A DNA stretch of 64,000 bases from Escherichia phage vB_VIPECOMC06. Positions 41,642 through 51,478 of the stretch are shown here, piece by piece (the stretch's first letter is position 1; each line of letters begins with the position of its first letter). The notes under the pieces are model-generated. The model worked only from the letters and a program-made list of their open reading frames with translations. It was not told where the DNA came from and did no database searches. Location: the sequence record PQ416618.1; one strand, written 5' to 3'. A program made the translations under genes and the position numbers.

Positions 41642-42750
41642 TAGAAAGTCCCCGCATAAAGTGAAGAACGGTTTAATGTAATAATTTCTCGCATTGTTAT
41701 CTCTAACGTAAATGTTGATGGTAAGTTAGGAGCAACAGCGAGACCATTAAATTGTCCATTTGGAGTTTTATCAAAACGTACGCTTTGAATTTGGCATGGG
41801 CCAAATACGTCAGTTAATCCATCAAATTTAGACGTATAACCAAAGTTTTTAACCATCCAAATTGTAGGGTTGCTTACAACTAATACATTTGTTAATGACG
41901 CAGTAATCTTTTCAAACAATGTCTTATTTTTTACTGCATCATCAGGCGTCATAGGCTCAATAAACGTTGAACGGTACCATTCGTCTAAATAACTTTTAAT
42001 CTCTTGGGCGTACTGTGATTTACCGGTCTCACCATATGAGAAATAGTTAAAATACTGGTAAATGTTTATAATAGCCATAAGGTCTTCAGTTGAACGTGGA
42101 GTTAAATCCCATGTAAAGACTTTAGTACGGTTCTCAGCACCGCCATACATACTACGAGAAGTCGTATAAATCTGTTCGTTATTATCAGCCATAAGCCCTT
42201 GAGTAATAGAATCTAATGCACCAAAAACTGCAGTAGAAGCAATGTTACTTAAAACACCCGTAGCAGTACCTCCACCTTTAGTAATAAGGCTATCACCGAT
42301 ATCGTTAAAACGATGTGAAGTTGTATCAACGTCAGATTTGGAACGTGGCAAAAGTATATTAGCAACAGGAGTTTTATTTATAGTAGGTTTATTAGCTCCG
42401 GCAGGAAGCAACCCATTAGAGAATTTAGTCACTGCATCTTTCACATTATCAGTTAAATCTGATATGATACCATTAGATGAAGTGCCGGCGTATGCCGGAC
42501 GTAAATTCCTGAGGGATCCTGAATCTCGTGCAGACATATTGTACGCGGTAAATAATAACCCATTCTTATAAAGGTCTGTTACCTGGAAGTCTCCTGTGGA
42601 GTCATTTCCGGCTGCTCTTCCTGTAGGAAATTGAGCAACATAAGTTTTAGTAGTTGTTTCGGTTTTAGTGCTTTGCCCAGCACTTTCTGAGACTGGGATT
42701 GCTTTATTTAAATCCTTTGCATCTACTACTATTTCTTTTACACTAATCAT
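41641..42750 (-). CDS. 48: Baseplate tail-tube junction protein gp48
   Basis: 369 aa; size and synteny as T4 gp48. Confidence 0.85.
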   Translation of the reverse strand: MISVKEIVVDAKDLNKAIPVSESAGQSTKTETTTKTYVAQFPTGRAAGNDSTGDFQVTDLYKNGLLFTAYNMSARDSGSLRNLRPAYAGTSSNGIISDLTDNVKDAVTKFSNGLLPAGANKPTINKTPVANILLPRSKSDVDTTSHRFNDIGDSLITKGGGTATGVLSNIASTAVFGALDSITQGLMADNNEQIYTTSRSMYGGAENRTKVFTWDLTPRSTEDLMAIINIYQYFNYFSYGETGKSQYAQEIKSYLDEWYRSTFIEPMTPDDAVKNKTLFEKITASLTNVLVVSNPTIWMVKNFGYTSKFDGLTDVFGPCQIQSVRFDKTPNGQFNGLAVAPNLPSTFTLEITMREIITLNRSSLYAGTF

Positions 42751-42758
42751 AATAATCC

Positions 42759-44531
42759 TTAATTAACACCGGTGGCATGGAAAATTCCAGGAGCCGTTGT
42801 ACTTGTTACAGGGGTCATATTCTGGACTACGGTATTCTTTTTGACGACATTATTTGTGTTACTAATCGCCGCTACCGGTTGCTGTTGTTTAGATTCAGAA
42901 GCACGTCCTTTCTCTATTGACTGAACTTGTTTTGCTTCAGGAGATTTAGTCGAAGATTCAGGCTTAACTGTCGTCTGAGCCTTTTTGGCTTCAGCCATTT
43001 TATTATTTAGCTTTTCAAATCTAGCATCTAATTCCTTTTTAACAACAGGAGTTTTATTAAGTTCAGGGTCTTTAATAAGTTTACTTAAATCAGCATAAGA
43101 CTTCTCGACGTTTTTAGCATTTTCTGGATTAGTCATATCGATTTTATCGATATAATCCTCAAATCTAACCAGCGCCGCACGAGTTTCATTAGCTTTTATA
43201 TACGCCTCTTTACGCTCCTCTTCAGGTAACTCTTTTAATTTTGCTGATTCCGCAGCACGCTCATCGCTTGTACTAAACTCTTCTTTATTGTCATTACCAC
43301 GAACCCAGTTAGTAACGAATGTTTTGCCGCGTTGTAACATATCAAGACCTTTAGAAACGGTTCCTAATTCCCCATCGTCACGCTTCATTTGATATTTAGC
43401 GACTTTCTCTTGGTCTTCTTTCTTTAATGTGTTCCCAGTAGTTTCTTGGAATCCTTCCAAAGCACGTCCTTCTATTTCGTCCGCAGTATCACCAAAACCT
43501 ATAGCACGCAATATAGACGCGGAGAGTTTGGCCATTCCTAATTGAATTAGTTCACCTAAGTTCATTAATGCTGTTCCTACACCTTTGACAATAGCAACGG
43601 TTAAACCACCCCAGTCTCCAGCTTCCCACAATTGTTTTATAGAGTCGATAGAAGTGAATATATCACTTAAGAATTTACCCCACTCTTTAGCTTCATCGGA
43701 GAATTTAGTAAAGTTTTCATCAAATAAATCCCAGGCAGAAGTGAACTTGTCTGTCCAATATTTGAAATGGACTATCAATAAATCAATACCGATAACAATA
43801 CCAAGAATAAGTGCGGCCATTTTTGCTGCTTCAATAGCCGCCGTTATAGTGTATTTGAAAAGCATTCCAGCAATTCTGTCTGAAATTGATATTGATTTAT
43901 TAAACCCGGCTTGAACTGTTTTGGTGAGCATTGCGATTTTATCGCTCAATTTAAAGCTAATTCCGCCTTTAGAATCGGAAGTAGAATTAGCACTTTCTTG
44001 AACCGGGGCCGGGAAGAAATCTTCGTCTGGCTTATTATCAATCTTTTCAGGTGTAGGTAATGCTTTAAACAGCTCATCATAAGTTTCATTCTCAACCACT
44101 TTAACAGGTATTGCGTTCTCAATTACTTCAAGAGAGGTGCCTCCTGTATTTTGAATAGCGGTAGATGTTTGTAATTTTTGCTCTAATAATGTAGCTAATC
44201 GGTCTAACTTAGAGCTTATTGCACTAGAAACTTCGTTTATACTTTTAGTGACTTCAGTTTGTTTTTCAATAACTTCTGCGATAAGCTCTGTGCCTTCAGC
44301 AGTATTATCTGTCGAATTCTTTAAGTCTCCAATTGATTCAATAATTCCATTGCCTTTATCTTCTACACTTTGTGATGTGAGTTCAGACGCGGCTTGGACA
44401 TCGTCTAGTTTTGATGAAATGTCATTCAATGCTTCTAATGAATCGGTAGCTGCTGTTGCAGCTACTTTTTGTGGTTTATTATCGGCAATGACCTTATTTC
44501 TACGCATGGATTTCATTTCTTCAGGTTTCAT
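42759..44531 (-). CDS. 29: Baseplate hub / tail length tape-measure protein gp29
   Basis: 590 aa, same length as T4 gp29; synteny. Confidence 0.85.
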   Translation of the reverse strand: MKPEEMKSMRRNKVIADNKPQKVAATAATDSLEALNDISSKLDDVQAASELTSQSVEDKGNGIIESIGDLKNSTDNTAEGTELIAEVIEKQTEVTKSINEVSSAISSKLDRLATLLEQKLQTSTAIQNTGGTSLEVIENAIPVKVVENETYDELFKALPTPEKIDNKPDEDFFPAPVQESANSTSDSKGGISFKLSDKIAMLTKTVQAGFNKSISISDRIAGMLFKYTITAAIEAAKMAALILGIVIGIDLLIVHFKYWTDKFTSAWDLFDENFTKFSDEAKEWGKFLSDIFTSIDSIKQLWEAGDWGGLTVAIVKGVGTALMNLGELIQLGMAKLSASILRAIGFGDTADEIEGRALEGFQETTGNTLKKEDQEKVAKYQMKRDDGELGTVSKGLDMLQRGKTFVTNWVRGNDNKEEFSTSDERAAESAKLKELPEEERKEAYIKANETRAALVRFEDYIDKIDMTNPENAKNVEKSYADLSKLIKDPELNKTPVVKKELDARFEKLNNKMAEAKKAQTTVKPESSTKSPEAKQVQSIEKGRASESKQQQPVAAISNTNNVVKKNTVVQNMTPVTSTTAPGIFHATGVN

Positions 44532-45061
44532 TCAAGCAATCCAATAATTTCTGCTATACCCTTAATAGGGCCATTAGGGCCTGGAATAGCAATAGTTGTC
44601 GAAAGGTCTTCTGCCCATTTGATTACAAAAGCAGGCATCTCAAGGAAAGAAATTTCTTTCTCTTCGTCATTAACTTTTATTAAGCAATTTGATAGCATTT
44701 CACTGATTGTAGCGAATTGTTCAAATTTGCCTGGAGGTCTAAAATAAAAAGTATTACCTTGAAATTGGAATTCTGTTCGTTGGCATACATAGACGTCATC
44801 TAGTTTATAAGTGAATCCATCTTTTTCAACTTCAGACTTAAGTTTGTTATTAAATTCCAATATGTGTAGACATGCAAAATCAAAATCTGCGGGACTCATA
44901 TTTTTACAAATAGAATCAGCTAAGATTTTCATGTTTTCGTCAGGACCTTTAACGTCCTTTAAAAGATTATAATGTTTGAGCCCTAATTTAGGAATCATTA
45001 CCTTTTTATTAGACTGTGGTAGAATTATTTTCTTTAGAGGTAGAATCAGATTTAAGTTCAT
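44528..45061 (-). CDS. 28: Baseplate hub distal subunit gp28
   Basis: 177 aa; synteny; overlaps gp27 end as in T4. Confidence 0.8.
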   Translation of the reverse strand: MNLNLILPLKKIILPQSNKKVMIPKLGLKHYNLLKDVKGPDENMKILADSICKNMSPADFDFACLHILEFNNKLKSEVEKDGFTYKLDDVYVCQRTEFQFQGNTFYFRPPGKFEQFATISEMLSNCLIKVNDEEKEISFLEMPAFVIKWAEDLSTTIAIPGPNGPIKGIAEIIGLLE

Positions 45062-46181
45062 TTTTAACCTTAACCGGGTTAACAGGTTCTAACACCATTG
45101 AGTTGGTAAACATATACAGATGAGTTTGTGAGTTGTTATTTGATAACTCATGAATAACTTCATCCACGTAAAATTCGGATTTGAATTGGTTCTTTTGGTC
45201 AACAAATATAATTTTAGTAGCAGGCGTTATGTTAAAATTACCTGTAGTAGTGCATTTAGCATATCCGTCATATTGAGCCATTGTCTGAAGACGACTTGCT
45301 TCTTCAAATCCATTACGATAGGTCATTTCAGAATATCCACCAGATCTTGACACAAGAATAGCGTTATCACCGTCGCCTGTAACAATAACCGGAATAGATG
45401 TATCTAAAAATGAATGAGCGAATATCGTGGCGTTTTTAATAGGGTCTCTTGTAAATTGGTTAGCTTTAGTCATCCAGGTGAAATCCCATACTAATGGATA
45501 CTCAAGCTCTTGAATATACTGACCTACAGTATTTGGCTCGCCTACAATCATCTTAATGCCTTCCTGACCAATAAGAGTATCATAGTCAATCATGTTTACG
45601 CCTAAAATATCTTGCCATACGAATACGAACTTATCACTCGCTGTAGCAAGTCCTAATTCTCTGACATATGCCAAATAATCATCAAATGTGCTTGTCCAAG
45701 GAATATCAGGAACATAAGCATTAATAGTGTTTATTGGCGGAGTAATTAACGTACGGTCTTTATATATGACACCTAACATTTCACGTATAGATTCTCCTGC
45801 ATCTGAGAAGAATGGACGCCCAAATTTAAGGTTCTCTATAGAATGTATTGTTCCAAGCTCAATTGCAATAATATTGTCACCTTTTGAGTCCACAGACACA
45901 GAATAATGTCTACATCCATAAATTCGAGTTCTAACTTGGAGAGGTGTGTTTGAATTTGAAACAGAGATTTGGACTATCTGTCTACCATCCATTTTAGTGT
46001 GGATGTTTTTAGTGTCATAAAATTGAAGAATCCCTTCATTTCTTCCATATAGCGAATCTCGCATTGTTAAAGTTGTTATTGTTGCTGCGAGTTCAACGTA
46101 TCTATTTTCTTGCCAAGCCGAATAATCTTGATATAATTTAACGCTTAAGTTAGGATATCCTGGACGTTGGAATACTGTCAT
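45009..46181 (-). CDS. 27: Baseplate hub subunit gp27
   Basis: 390 aa; …[12 protein letters not shown]…[22 protein letters not shown]… matches T4 gp27. Confidence 0.9.
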   Translation of the reverse strand: MTVFQRPGYPNLSVKLYQDYSAWQENRYVELAATITTLTMRDSLYGRNEGILQFYDTKNIHTKMDGRQIVQISVSNSNTPLQVRTRIYGCRHYSVSVDSKGDNIIAIELGTIHSIENLKFGRPFFSDAGESIREMLGVIYKDRTLITPPINTINAYVPDIPWTSTFDDYLAYVRELGLATASDKFVFVWQDILGVNMIDYDTLIGQEGIKMIVGEPNTVGQYIQELEYPLVWDFTWMTKANQFTRDPIKNATIFAHSFLDTSIPVIVTGDGDNAILVSRSGGYSEMTYRNGFEEASRLQTMAQYDGYAKCTTTGNFNITPATKIIFVDQKNQFKSEFYVDEVIHELSNNNSQTHLYMFTNSMVLEPVNPVKVKNELKSDSTSKENNSTTV

Positions 46182-46930
46182 TTTTTATGGTCCTTTTCTA
46201 CTAATGTTAAAGCAATACCACGTTCAACAGGAATCATTTGCATAATAGAATCCAATGTGTATTGACTCTTTACTAGTGAATGGTTTATCTGATAGAATGT
46301 AAAAATCTCATCAGGGTTAACTAACAATTTAAAAACCTCTAAGATATCAGTATATGTTTTAACATGACGTTCACAACAACCTAATCTAAGGGTCAAATTA
46401 ATAGGGTTCATAGAAGCAATAACCTTCTCGAGCGAGTCAATGTCTATTGCTTCTATTACTTGGATTTGGTTCTCTTCAGTCAAATCATTCCATGGGTACC
46501 ATTCATCATTATAATATATTTCCTTTATGTTTTCACTTATCATTAATGCTTTATTGTCATAAAACTTTTCAGGGAAAGAAAAACGTATTTTTATACCAGC
46601 AACATCAAGTTCAGGTTCGACTAGTTCTTTTTGATATATCTCAAATGGTGCAGTTTTTTCTTTAGAGCATTTAGGGCAAGTGAAAATAACGGGAACTTTT
46701 GTTTTGCCTATAGAGCCTGCAAAAACTTGCAGGAATATAAATGGTTGCCATGTTTTAGGGTACTCGCCAAAATAATCATCAATCAGATCGGCAATTATTT
46801 CTTTTTGTTCTTGCGGCGAACGATGTTCGATATCATTTCTAACTAGTAAAAAGTCTCTATAATCCGCCACAGTGAACGGCTTAAAACGATGAACACCATC
46901 CGGTAATTTACAACGAATTATATTAGCCAT
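46178..46930 (-). CDS. 51: Baseplate hub assembly catalyst gp51
   Basis: 250 aa; synteny with 27 and 26. Confidence 0.8.
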   Translation of the reverse strand: MANIIRCKLPDGVHRFKPFTVADYRDFLLVRNDIEHRSPQEQKEIIADLIDDYFGEYPKTWQPFIFLQVFAGSIGKTKVPVIFTCPKCSKEKTAPFEIYQKELVEPELDVAGIKIRFSFPEKFYDNKALMISENIKEIYYNDEWYPWNDLTEENQIQVIEAIDIDSLEKVIASMNPINLTLRLGCCERHVKTYTDILEVFKLLVNPDEIFTFYQINHSLVKSQYTLDSIMQMIPVERGIALTLVEKDHKK

Positions 46931-46947
46931 AATTACTCCTTTTCTAT

Positions 46948-46959
46948 TATTTATAAATA
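46948..46959. promoter_or_regulatory. Overlapping divergent late promoters for gene 51 (minus) and gene 26 (plus)
   Basis: Quasi-palindrome TATTTATAAATA reads TATAAATA on both strands in the 47-nt divergent intergenic region. Confidence 0.6.
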
Positions 46960-46977
46960 CACAATAAAGGAGTTAAC

Positions 46978-47604
46978 ATGTACAAATATACGTTTACCGT
47001 ACGTTTAGGCGATAAAGAAGTGAATTGTAGAGCCTTTACTTTAAAAGAATATTTAGGACTCATTGGTGCGCGGGCTACCGGTACTATTGAATCAGCAGTG
47101 AACAATATTATCACTAATTGCTCTAACGCTAAAAACTTGACTAAACAAGAAGCCGAGTTATTGTTGGTAAATCTGTGGGCACATTCATTAGGTGAAGTGA
47201 ATCAAGAACACACCTGGAATTGTTCCTGTGGGCATTCATTTCAAGTCTATATGAATTTATTGCACACTCAATTAGATGAACAGGCCGATCCCTGGTATTC
47301 GTTCAGTGGTATTAAAATTAAGTTCCGTCAACCTAAATTATTTGACGATAAAAATATCGCATTAATGATTGCTTCATGTATTGAGGCCGTTTTTGTCAAT
47401 GGAGAGTCCATCCCTGTTGAAGATTTAACTGAAGCAGAAATAAACGACCTTTACGGCCTTATAACAGAAGATGACATGATCAATATTAAAAATCTTTTAG
47501 TATCGCCATCAATTTATCTGGCAACCCCTATTAAATGTCCCAAATGTGGGGCGTCACACGTTCACACAATACGAGGCCTCAAAGAATTCTTTGAGTTACT
47601 ATAA
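46978..47604 (+). CDS. 26: Baseplate hub subunit gp26
   Basis: 208 aa; synteny; C-terminal Cys pairs. Confidence 0.8.
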   Translation: MYKYTFTVRLGDKEVNCRAFTLKEYLGLIGARATGTIESAVNNIITNCSNAKNLTKQEAELLLVNLWAHSLGEVNQEHTWNCSCGHSFQVYMNLLHTQLDEQADPWYSFSGIKIKFRQPKLFDDKNIALMIASCIEAVFVNGESIPVEDLTEAEINDLYGLITEDDMINIKNLLVSPSIYLATPIKCPKCGASHVHTIRGLKEFFELL

Positions 47605-48002
47605 TGTCTAATATCAATAAACTTTATTCAGATATCGACCCAGAAATGCGTATGGATTGGAACAAGGACGTTGCTCGTTCTGTAGGACTTCGTTCTATTA
47701 AAAATAGTCTTCTTGGCATAGTGACAACTAGAAAAGGCTCACGCCCCTTCGACCCTGAATTTGGATGCGATTTGGTCGACGAACTTTTCGAGAACATGAC
47801 ACCACTTACAGCCGATACGATTGAGCGTAATATCCAGGCAGCTGTTCGTAACTATGAGCCGCGCATCGACAAACTTTCTGTAAGTGTAACGCCAGTATAT
47901 GATGACTATACAGTTATAGTAGAGATTAGATTTTCGGTCGTAGACAACCCTGACGATATTGAACAAATTAAACTTCAGTTAGCGTCAAGCAATAGAGTGT
48001 AA
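47604..48002 (+). CDS. 25: Baseplate wedge subunit gp25 (LysM-like fold)
   Basis: 132 aa; MSNINKLYSDIDPEMRMDWNKDV… nearly identical to T4 gp25. Confidence 0.95.
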   Translation: MSNINKLYSDIDPEMRMDWNKDVARSVGLRSIKNSLLGIVTTRKGSRPFDPEFGCDLVDELFENMTPLTADTIERNIQAAVRNYEPRIDKLSVSVTPVYDDYTVIVEIRFSVVDNPDDIEQIKLQLASSNRV

Positions 48003-48082
48003 TGCTTCAAGGCAACCTATGTATAATGGTTTTAGGTCCTTCCGATACAGCCGGGAGATTATTAGTTAAAAGAGAGAACATT

Positions 48083-48496
48083 ATGAAGCTGGAAGATTTA
48101 CAGGAAGAGTTGGACGCAGACTTAGCTATTGATATGTCAAAGTTGCAATATGAGACGGCGAATAATGTTAAGTTATACAGCAAATGGCTACGTAAGCACT
48201 CATTTATTCGTAAAGAAATGTTGCGTATAGAGACTCAGAAGAAAACTGCTTTAAAAGCAAGATTAGACTACTACTCGGGACGAGGTGACGGTGATGAATT
48301 CAGTATGGACCGATACGAGAAATCTGAAATGAAAACTGTCCTGGCTGCAGATAAAGATGTGCTTAAAATAGAGACTACTTTACAATACTGGGGAATTTTA
48401 CTTGAGTTCTGTAGTGGTGCACTTGACGCAGTTAAGTCTCGTAGTTTTGCACTTAAACATATCCAGGATATGCGAGAATTTGAAGCGGGGCAATAA
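48083..48496 (+). CDS. uvsY: Recombination mediator UvsY
   Basis: ATG at 48083 gives 137 aa MKLEDLQEELDADLAIDMSKLQYE… matching T4 UvsY; track start 48002 is an upstream extension. Confidence 0.95.
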   Translation: MKLEDLQEELDADLAIDMSKLQYETANNVKLYSKWLRKHSFIRKEMLRIETQKKTALKARLDYYSGRGDGDEFSMDRYEKSEMKTVLAADKDVLKIETTLQYWGILLEFCSGALDAVKSRSFALKHIQDMREFEAGQ

Positions 48497-48720
48497 TGCG
48501 TTATTCAATTGAAGATGCCTTTAATAATGATGAAGAATTTGAAACTGAAATTAAATTCTTAATGGGAAAGTATCGTCTACGTCGTCAGGATATTCGTATT
48601 CTGGCAGACCACCCTTGTGGCGAAGACGTCCTTTATATTAAAGGAAAGTTTGCTGGGTACATCGACGAGTATTTTTATACAAAAGATATGGGTATCGATA
48701 TGTGTATGCGAGTGATATAA
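48496..48720 (+). CDS. Hypothetical protein, 74 aa (uvsY.-1 position)
   Basis: ORF coupled to uvsY stop. Confidence 0.55.
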   Translation: MRYSIEDAFNNDEEFETEIKFLMGKYRLRRQDIRILADHPCGEDVLYIKGKFAGYIDEYFYTKDMGIDMCMRVI

Positions 48721-48723
48721 ATA
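48716..48723 (+). promoter_or_regulatory. Late promoter for small ORF 48753
   Basis: TATAAATA about 30 nt upstream of ATG. Confidence 0.55.
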
Positions 48724-48752
48724 GATATGTAATTTCAACTTAGGAGGCAATC

Positions 48753-48920
48753 ATGTCAGATAAGATTTGTGTTGTCTGTAAAACTCCAATCGATTCTGCA
48801 TTGGTTGTTGAAACAGACAAAGGACCAGCACATCCTGGACCTTGTTATAATTATGTCCAACAAATGCCGGTTTCAGAAAGTTCAGAAGAGCAATTGAACG
48901 AAACCCAACTTTTACTATAG
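48753..48920 (+). CDS. Small Cys-containing protein, 55 aa (below ORF-track cutoff)
   Basis: ATG at 48753 after strong RBS TAGGAGG; TATAAATA about 30 nt upstream; MSDKICVVCKTPIDSALVVETDKGPAHPGPCYNYVQQ…; terminator hairpin downstream. Confidence 0.55.
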   Translation: MSDKICVVCKTPIDSALVVETDKGPAHPGPCYNYVQQMPVSESSEEQLNETQLLL

Positions 48921-48930
48921 TGTTACCTTT

Positions 48931-48972
48931 TTTGCCTATGGTTTTGGCCCTTCCAAAAAGGTCGGGCCTTTT
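48931..48972. terminator. Bidirectional terminator between small ORF 48753 (+) and uvsW.1 (-)
   Basis: GGCCC…GGGCC hairpin flanked by T runs on both sides. Confidence 0.55.
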
Positions 48973-48976
48973 TTAA

Positions 48977-49210
48977 TTAGAAGTCTTCTTCCTCATCCTC
49001 ATCATCATCGCCTTCAAGTTCGGCACGCTTACCTGCTAAGGCATCCCTGACAGAAATATCATCTGTATCTTTTAATTCCGTTTCTTTTATACGTTTCTTA
49101 TAATAAGCTTCCAATTCTTCAAGCCCTTCTAGGGTATGACAACTAGCAATTTTACCCATGAATTCGTCAATAGATGCTTCGTATAAAAATTGTTTAAATT
49201 CAAGTACCAT
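48977..49210 (-). CDS. UvsW.1-like small acidic protein
   Basis: 77 aa with acidic C-terminus; immediately downstream of uvsW, separated by a stop codon, a hairpin and its own RBS. Confidence 0.7.
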   Translation of the reverse strand: MVLEFKQFLYEASIDEFMGKIASCHTLEGLEELEAYYKKRIKETELKDTDDISVRDALAGKRAELEGDDDEDEEEDF

Positions 49211-49221
49211 TTTTATCTCCT

Positions 49222-49237
49222 AAGGGCCGAAGCCCTT
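49222..49237 (-). terminator. Hairpin between uvsW and uvsW.1
   Basis: AAGGGCCGAAGCCCTT immediately after uvsW stop, followed on minus strand by RBS and ATG of uvsW.1. Confidence 0.45.
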
Positions 49238-50750
49238 ATAAATTAATTGTTTTCATTACATAGTTAAATTTCTCATCAGCGTAACGTTGGATACGATCAA
49301 TACCGTGTTTTAACAAGTAATTAAGATGAGTATACTTCTTTTTAGTATTTAATGATTTAGGTTTTACACCTGCGTCATCGATGAGATCCCAAACTGTAGC
49401 AACAGCTTTAGAACCATGCTTACGAAGCACACGACCTACGGTTTGAAGTACGATAATTTTTGATTTAACACCATGGGCAAAAATAACATGATGAAGATTC
49501 TTGACTGAAATACCAGTAGAGAATACTCCATATGATGCGACAATAATAATGCCTTTACCATTTTCTGCCATGACTTTAAGCGCGTTACGTGTTTCAGTAT
49601 CAACTTCACCTGATACGTAATAAACTTTTTCGTATCCAAGCTCTTTAATAGCTTCAAATATTTCTTTACCGTGTGTAACGTGTTTAAACATTACAAAGGC
49701 GTTCTCGTCTTTCTTAGCCAATTTGACTGAAAGTTGAGCAATCCACTTTGTACGACGTTTTAGCCCGGTAATAATTTTAACTTCTTCTTGGTATGTTTTA
49801 CCTTTTAATTTAACAGTGAATTCGTCCGGATAACGAAGGAAAATACTATTAATCTTAAGCTCAGTTACTTGTCCGTCTTCCATTAATTTAGACGTGCTAA
49901 CAGGACGGAAGATTTCGCCGAACATACCTACATACTGCATTACATTGGCTTTTCCGTCTCTTAATGAGCCAGATAAACCGAATTTAAACATGCAATTATT
50001 TAATCCTGAGATGATTGAAGAAATACTTTTGCCTGTTGCTAAGTGGCATTCATCGTTCATCATCATACCGAATTGAGAGAACCATTCTTTAGGCTGCTTA
50101 ACTACCGTTTGCCATGTGCCAACAATAATTGGAGCGTCGTTTTTAGATTTGTCTGCTTTATCAGCACCACCGCCAATTTTCTTAATCATCGAATGACTAA
50201 ACAAGCGGTAATCAACAAAATCATTAGCCATCTGGGTTGTCAATGCTGTTGTAGGGACGATAATGAGAATTTTACCTTCATAGTTCTCTAGATAATATCG
50301 AGCTAAAAGTGCTTGGATTAGTGATTTACCTGCTGATGTCGGAAGGTTTAAAATTCGACGACGATTAACTAGTCCTTCGTATACTGCATCTTTTTGATAC
50401 CAATGTGGTTCGATTTTAGAGTTGCCCGAATAAATTTCTTGTTTAGAAAGCCATTCGTCAAAATCTTCCCTGGTAAGGTCTTCGGTTTCAAAGATTTTAG
50501 GGTCAATCCATACAGAATAACTCATATTGTTACAGAACTTTTTTATTTGTCCTACAAGTCCATATGGTAACAAACGGTTGTAATCTAAAAGTCGAATTCT
50601 ACCATCCCATTGCCCATAGCGATATTTTGGGTTAAATTTATACCCGTCAGCTTCAAAGCTAAAAAAGTCACGAAGTTCGTAAAACGTACTTTCGTCGCAT
50701 TCAATGCGCACGTGACTAAAATCATAAAAATGTACTTTAATGTCAGTCAT
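49236..50750 (-). CDS. uvsW: UvsW RNA-DNA and DNA-DNA helicase (SF2)
   Basis: 504 aa; MTDIKVHFYDFSHVRIECDESTFYELRDFFSFEADGYKF…, Walker A PTSAGKS, DECH box; matches T4 UvsW. Confidence 0.95.
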   Translation of the reverse strand: MTDIKVHFYDFSHVRIECDESTFYELRDFFSFEADGYKFNPKYRYGQWDGRIRLLDYNRLLPYGLVGQIKKFCNNMSYSVWIDPKIFETEDLTREDFDEWLSKQEIYSGNSKIEPHWYQKDAVYEGLVNRRRILNLPTSAGKSLIQALLARYYLENYEGKILIIVPTTALTTQMANDFVDYRLFSHSMIKKIGGGADKADKSKNDAPIIVGTWQTVVKQPKEWFSQFGMMMNDECHLATGKSISSIISGLNNCMFKFGLSGSLRDGKANVMQYVGMFGEIFRPVSTSKLMEDGQVTELKINSIFLRYPDEFTVKLKGKTYQEEVKIITGLKRRTKWIAQLSVKLAKKDENAFVMFKHVTHGKEIFEAIKELGYEKVYYVSGEVDTETRNALKVMAENGKGIIIVASYGVFSTGISVKNLHHVIFAHGVKSKIIVLQTVGRVLRKHGSKAVATVWDLIDDAGVKPKSLNTKKKYTHLNYLLKHGIDRIQRYADEKFNYVMKTINL

Positions 50751-50779
50751 GTCAAATTACCATGTAATAAATATAGTTA

Positions 50780-50787
50780 TATTTATA
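50780..50787 (-). promoter_or_regulatory. Late promoter for uvsW
   Basis: TATAAATA on minus strand about 30 nt upstream of uvsW start. Confidence 0.55.
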
Positions 50788-50800
50788 ATGAGGAAATACC

Positions 50801-51469
50801 ATGATCGATAAAGACTATATTGAAGAGTTACGTGCTCTTTCTGATAAAAAGGAAGCCAAAGCTAAACTGTTTGAATATGCGGAACAATTTGGCATTAGTG
50901 TTAAGAAAACAAAATCATTTGATAATATTGTTATTGATATCGAAGAAGCTCTTAACGCACTGGCTGATGAACCATTACCTGAAACTGATGGATTATCTAT
51001 CACCGATTTAATTACTGCCGCAGATGATGTGGACGGTGTTAATTTCACCAACGAAGAAGTTAAAGAAGAAGCTATTCTGTTGTTTGATTCTCCAACAGAA
51101 CAAGTTGAAGTATTAGAAGTTGTCGAACAAGAAAAAGAATTCGACCATGATAAATTCAAAGAAGCAATTACTCAGGTTGTTGAATCTGAAAAAGAGCCTG
51201 AGGCAGAGGTAAATAAAGAAGTAAAATTTGTTCTGCCTGAAAATTTTAGTCCTACACTCATTAAATTAGGCAAAAGCCCAGGATATGTTACTGTTCCTTG
51301 GTGGATTTATCAATGGATAGCCGAAACCCCAGATTGGAAATCTCGCCCAACTAGTTTTGTGCATGCTTCTGCTCACCAAACATTATTTAGCTTAATTTAT
51401 TATATTAATCGCGATGGATCAGTTCTAATTCGTGAATCTCGTAATTCTTCTTTCGTAACATTAAAATAA
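50801..51469 (+). CDS. Hypothetical acidic protein at the position of T4 inh (prohead protease inhibitor)
   Basis: 222 aa; assignment by synteny (upstream of hoc) and similar length only. Confidence 0.5.
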   Translation: MIDKDYIEELRALSDKKEAKAKLFEYAEQFGISVKKTKSFDNIVIDIEEALNALADEPLPETDGLSITDLITAADDVDGVNFTNEEVKEEAILLFDSPTEQVEVLEVVEQEKEFDHDKFKEAITQVVESEKEPEAEVNKEVKFVLPENFSPTLIKLGKSPGYVTVPWWIYQWIAETPDWKSRPTSFVHASAHQTLFSLIYYINRDGSVLIRESRNSSFVTLK

Positions 51470-51478
51470 GGATAACTT

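Noticed and set aside
48002-48082. Upstream extension of uvsY (track start 48002)
   Set aside because: The T4 UvsY N-terminus corresponds to the internal ATG at 48083; the extension overlaps the gp25 stop region and has no RBS.
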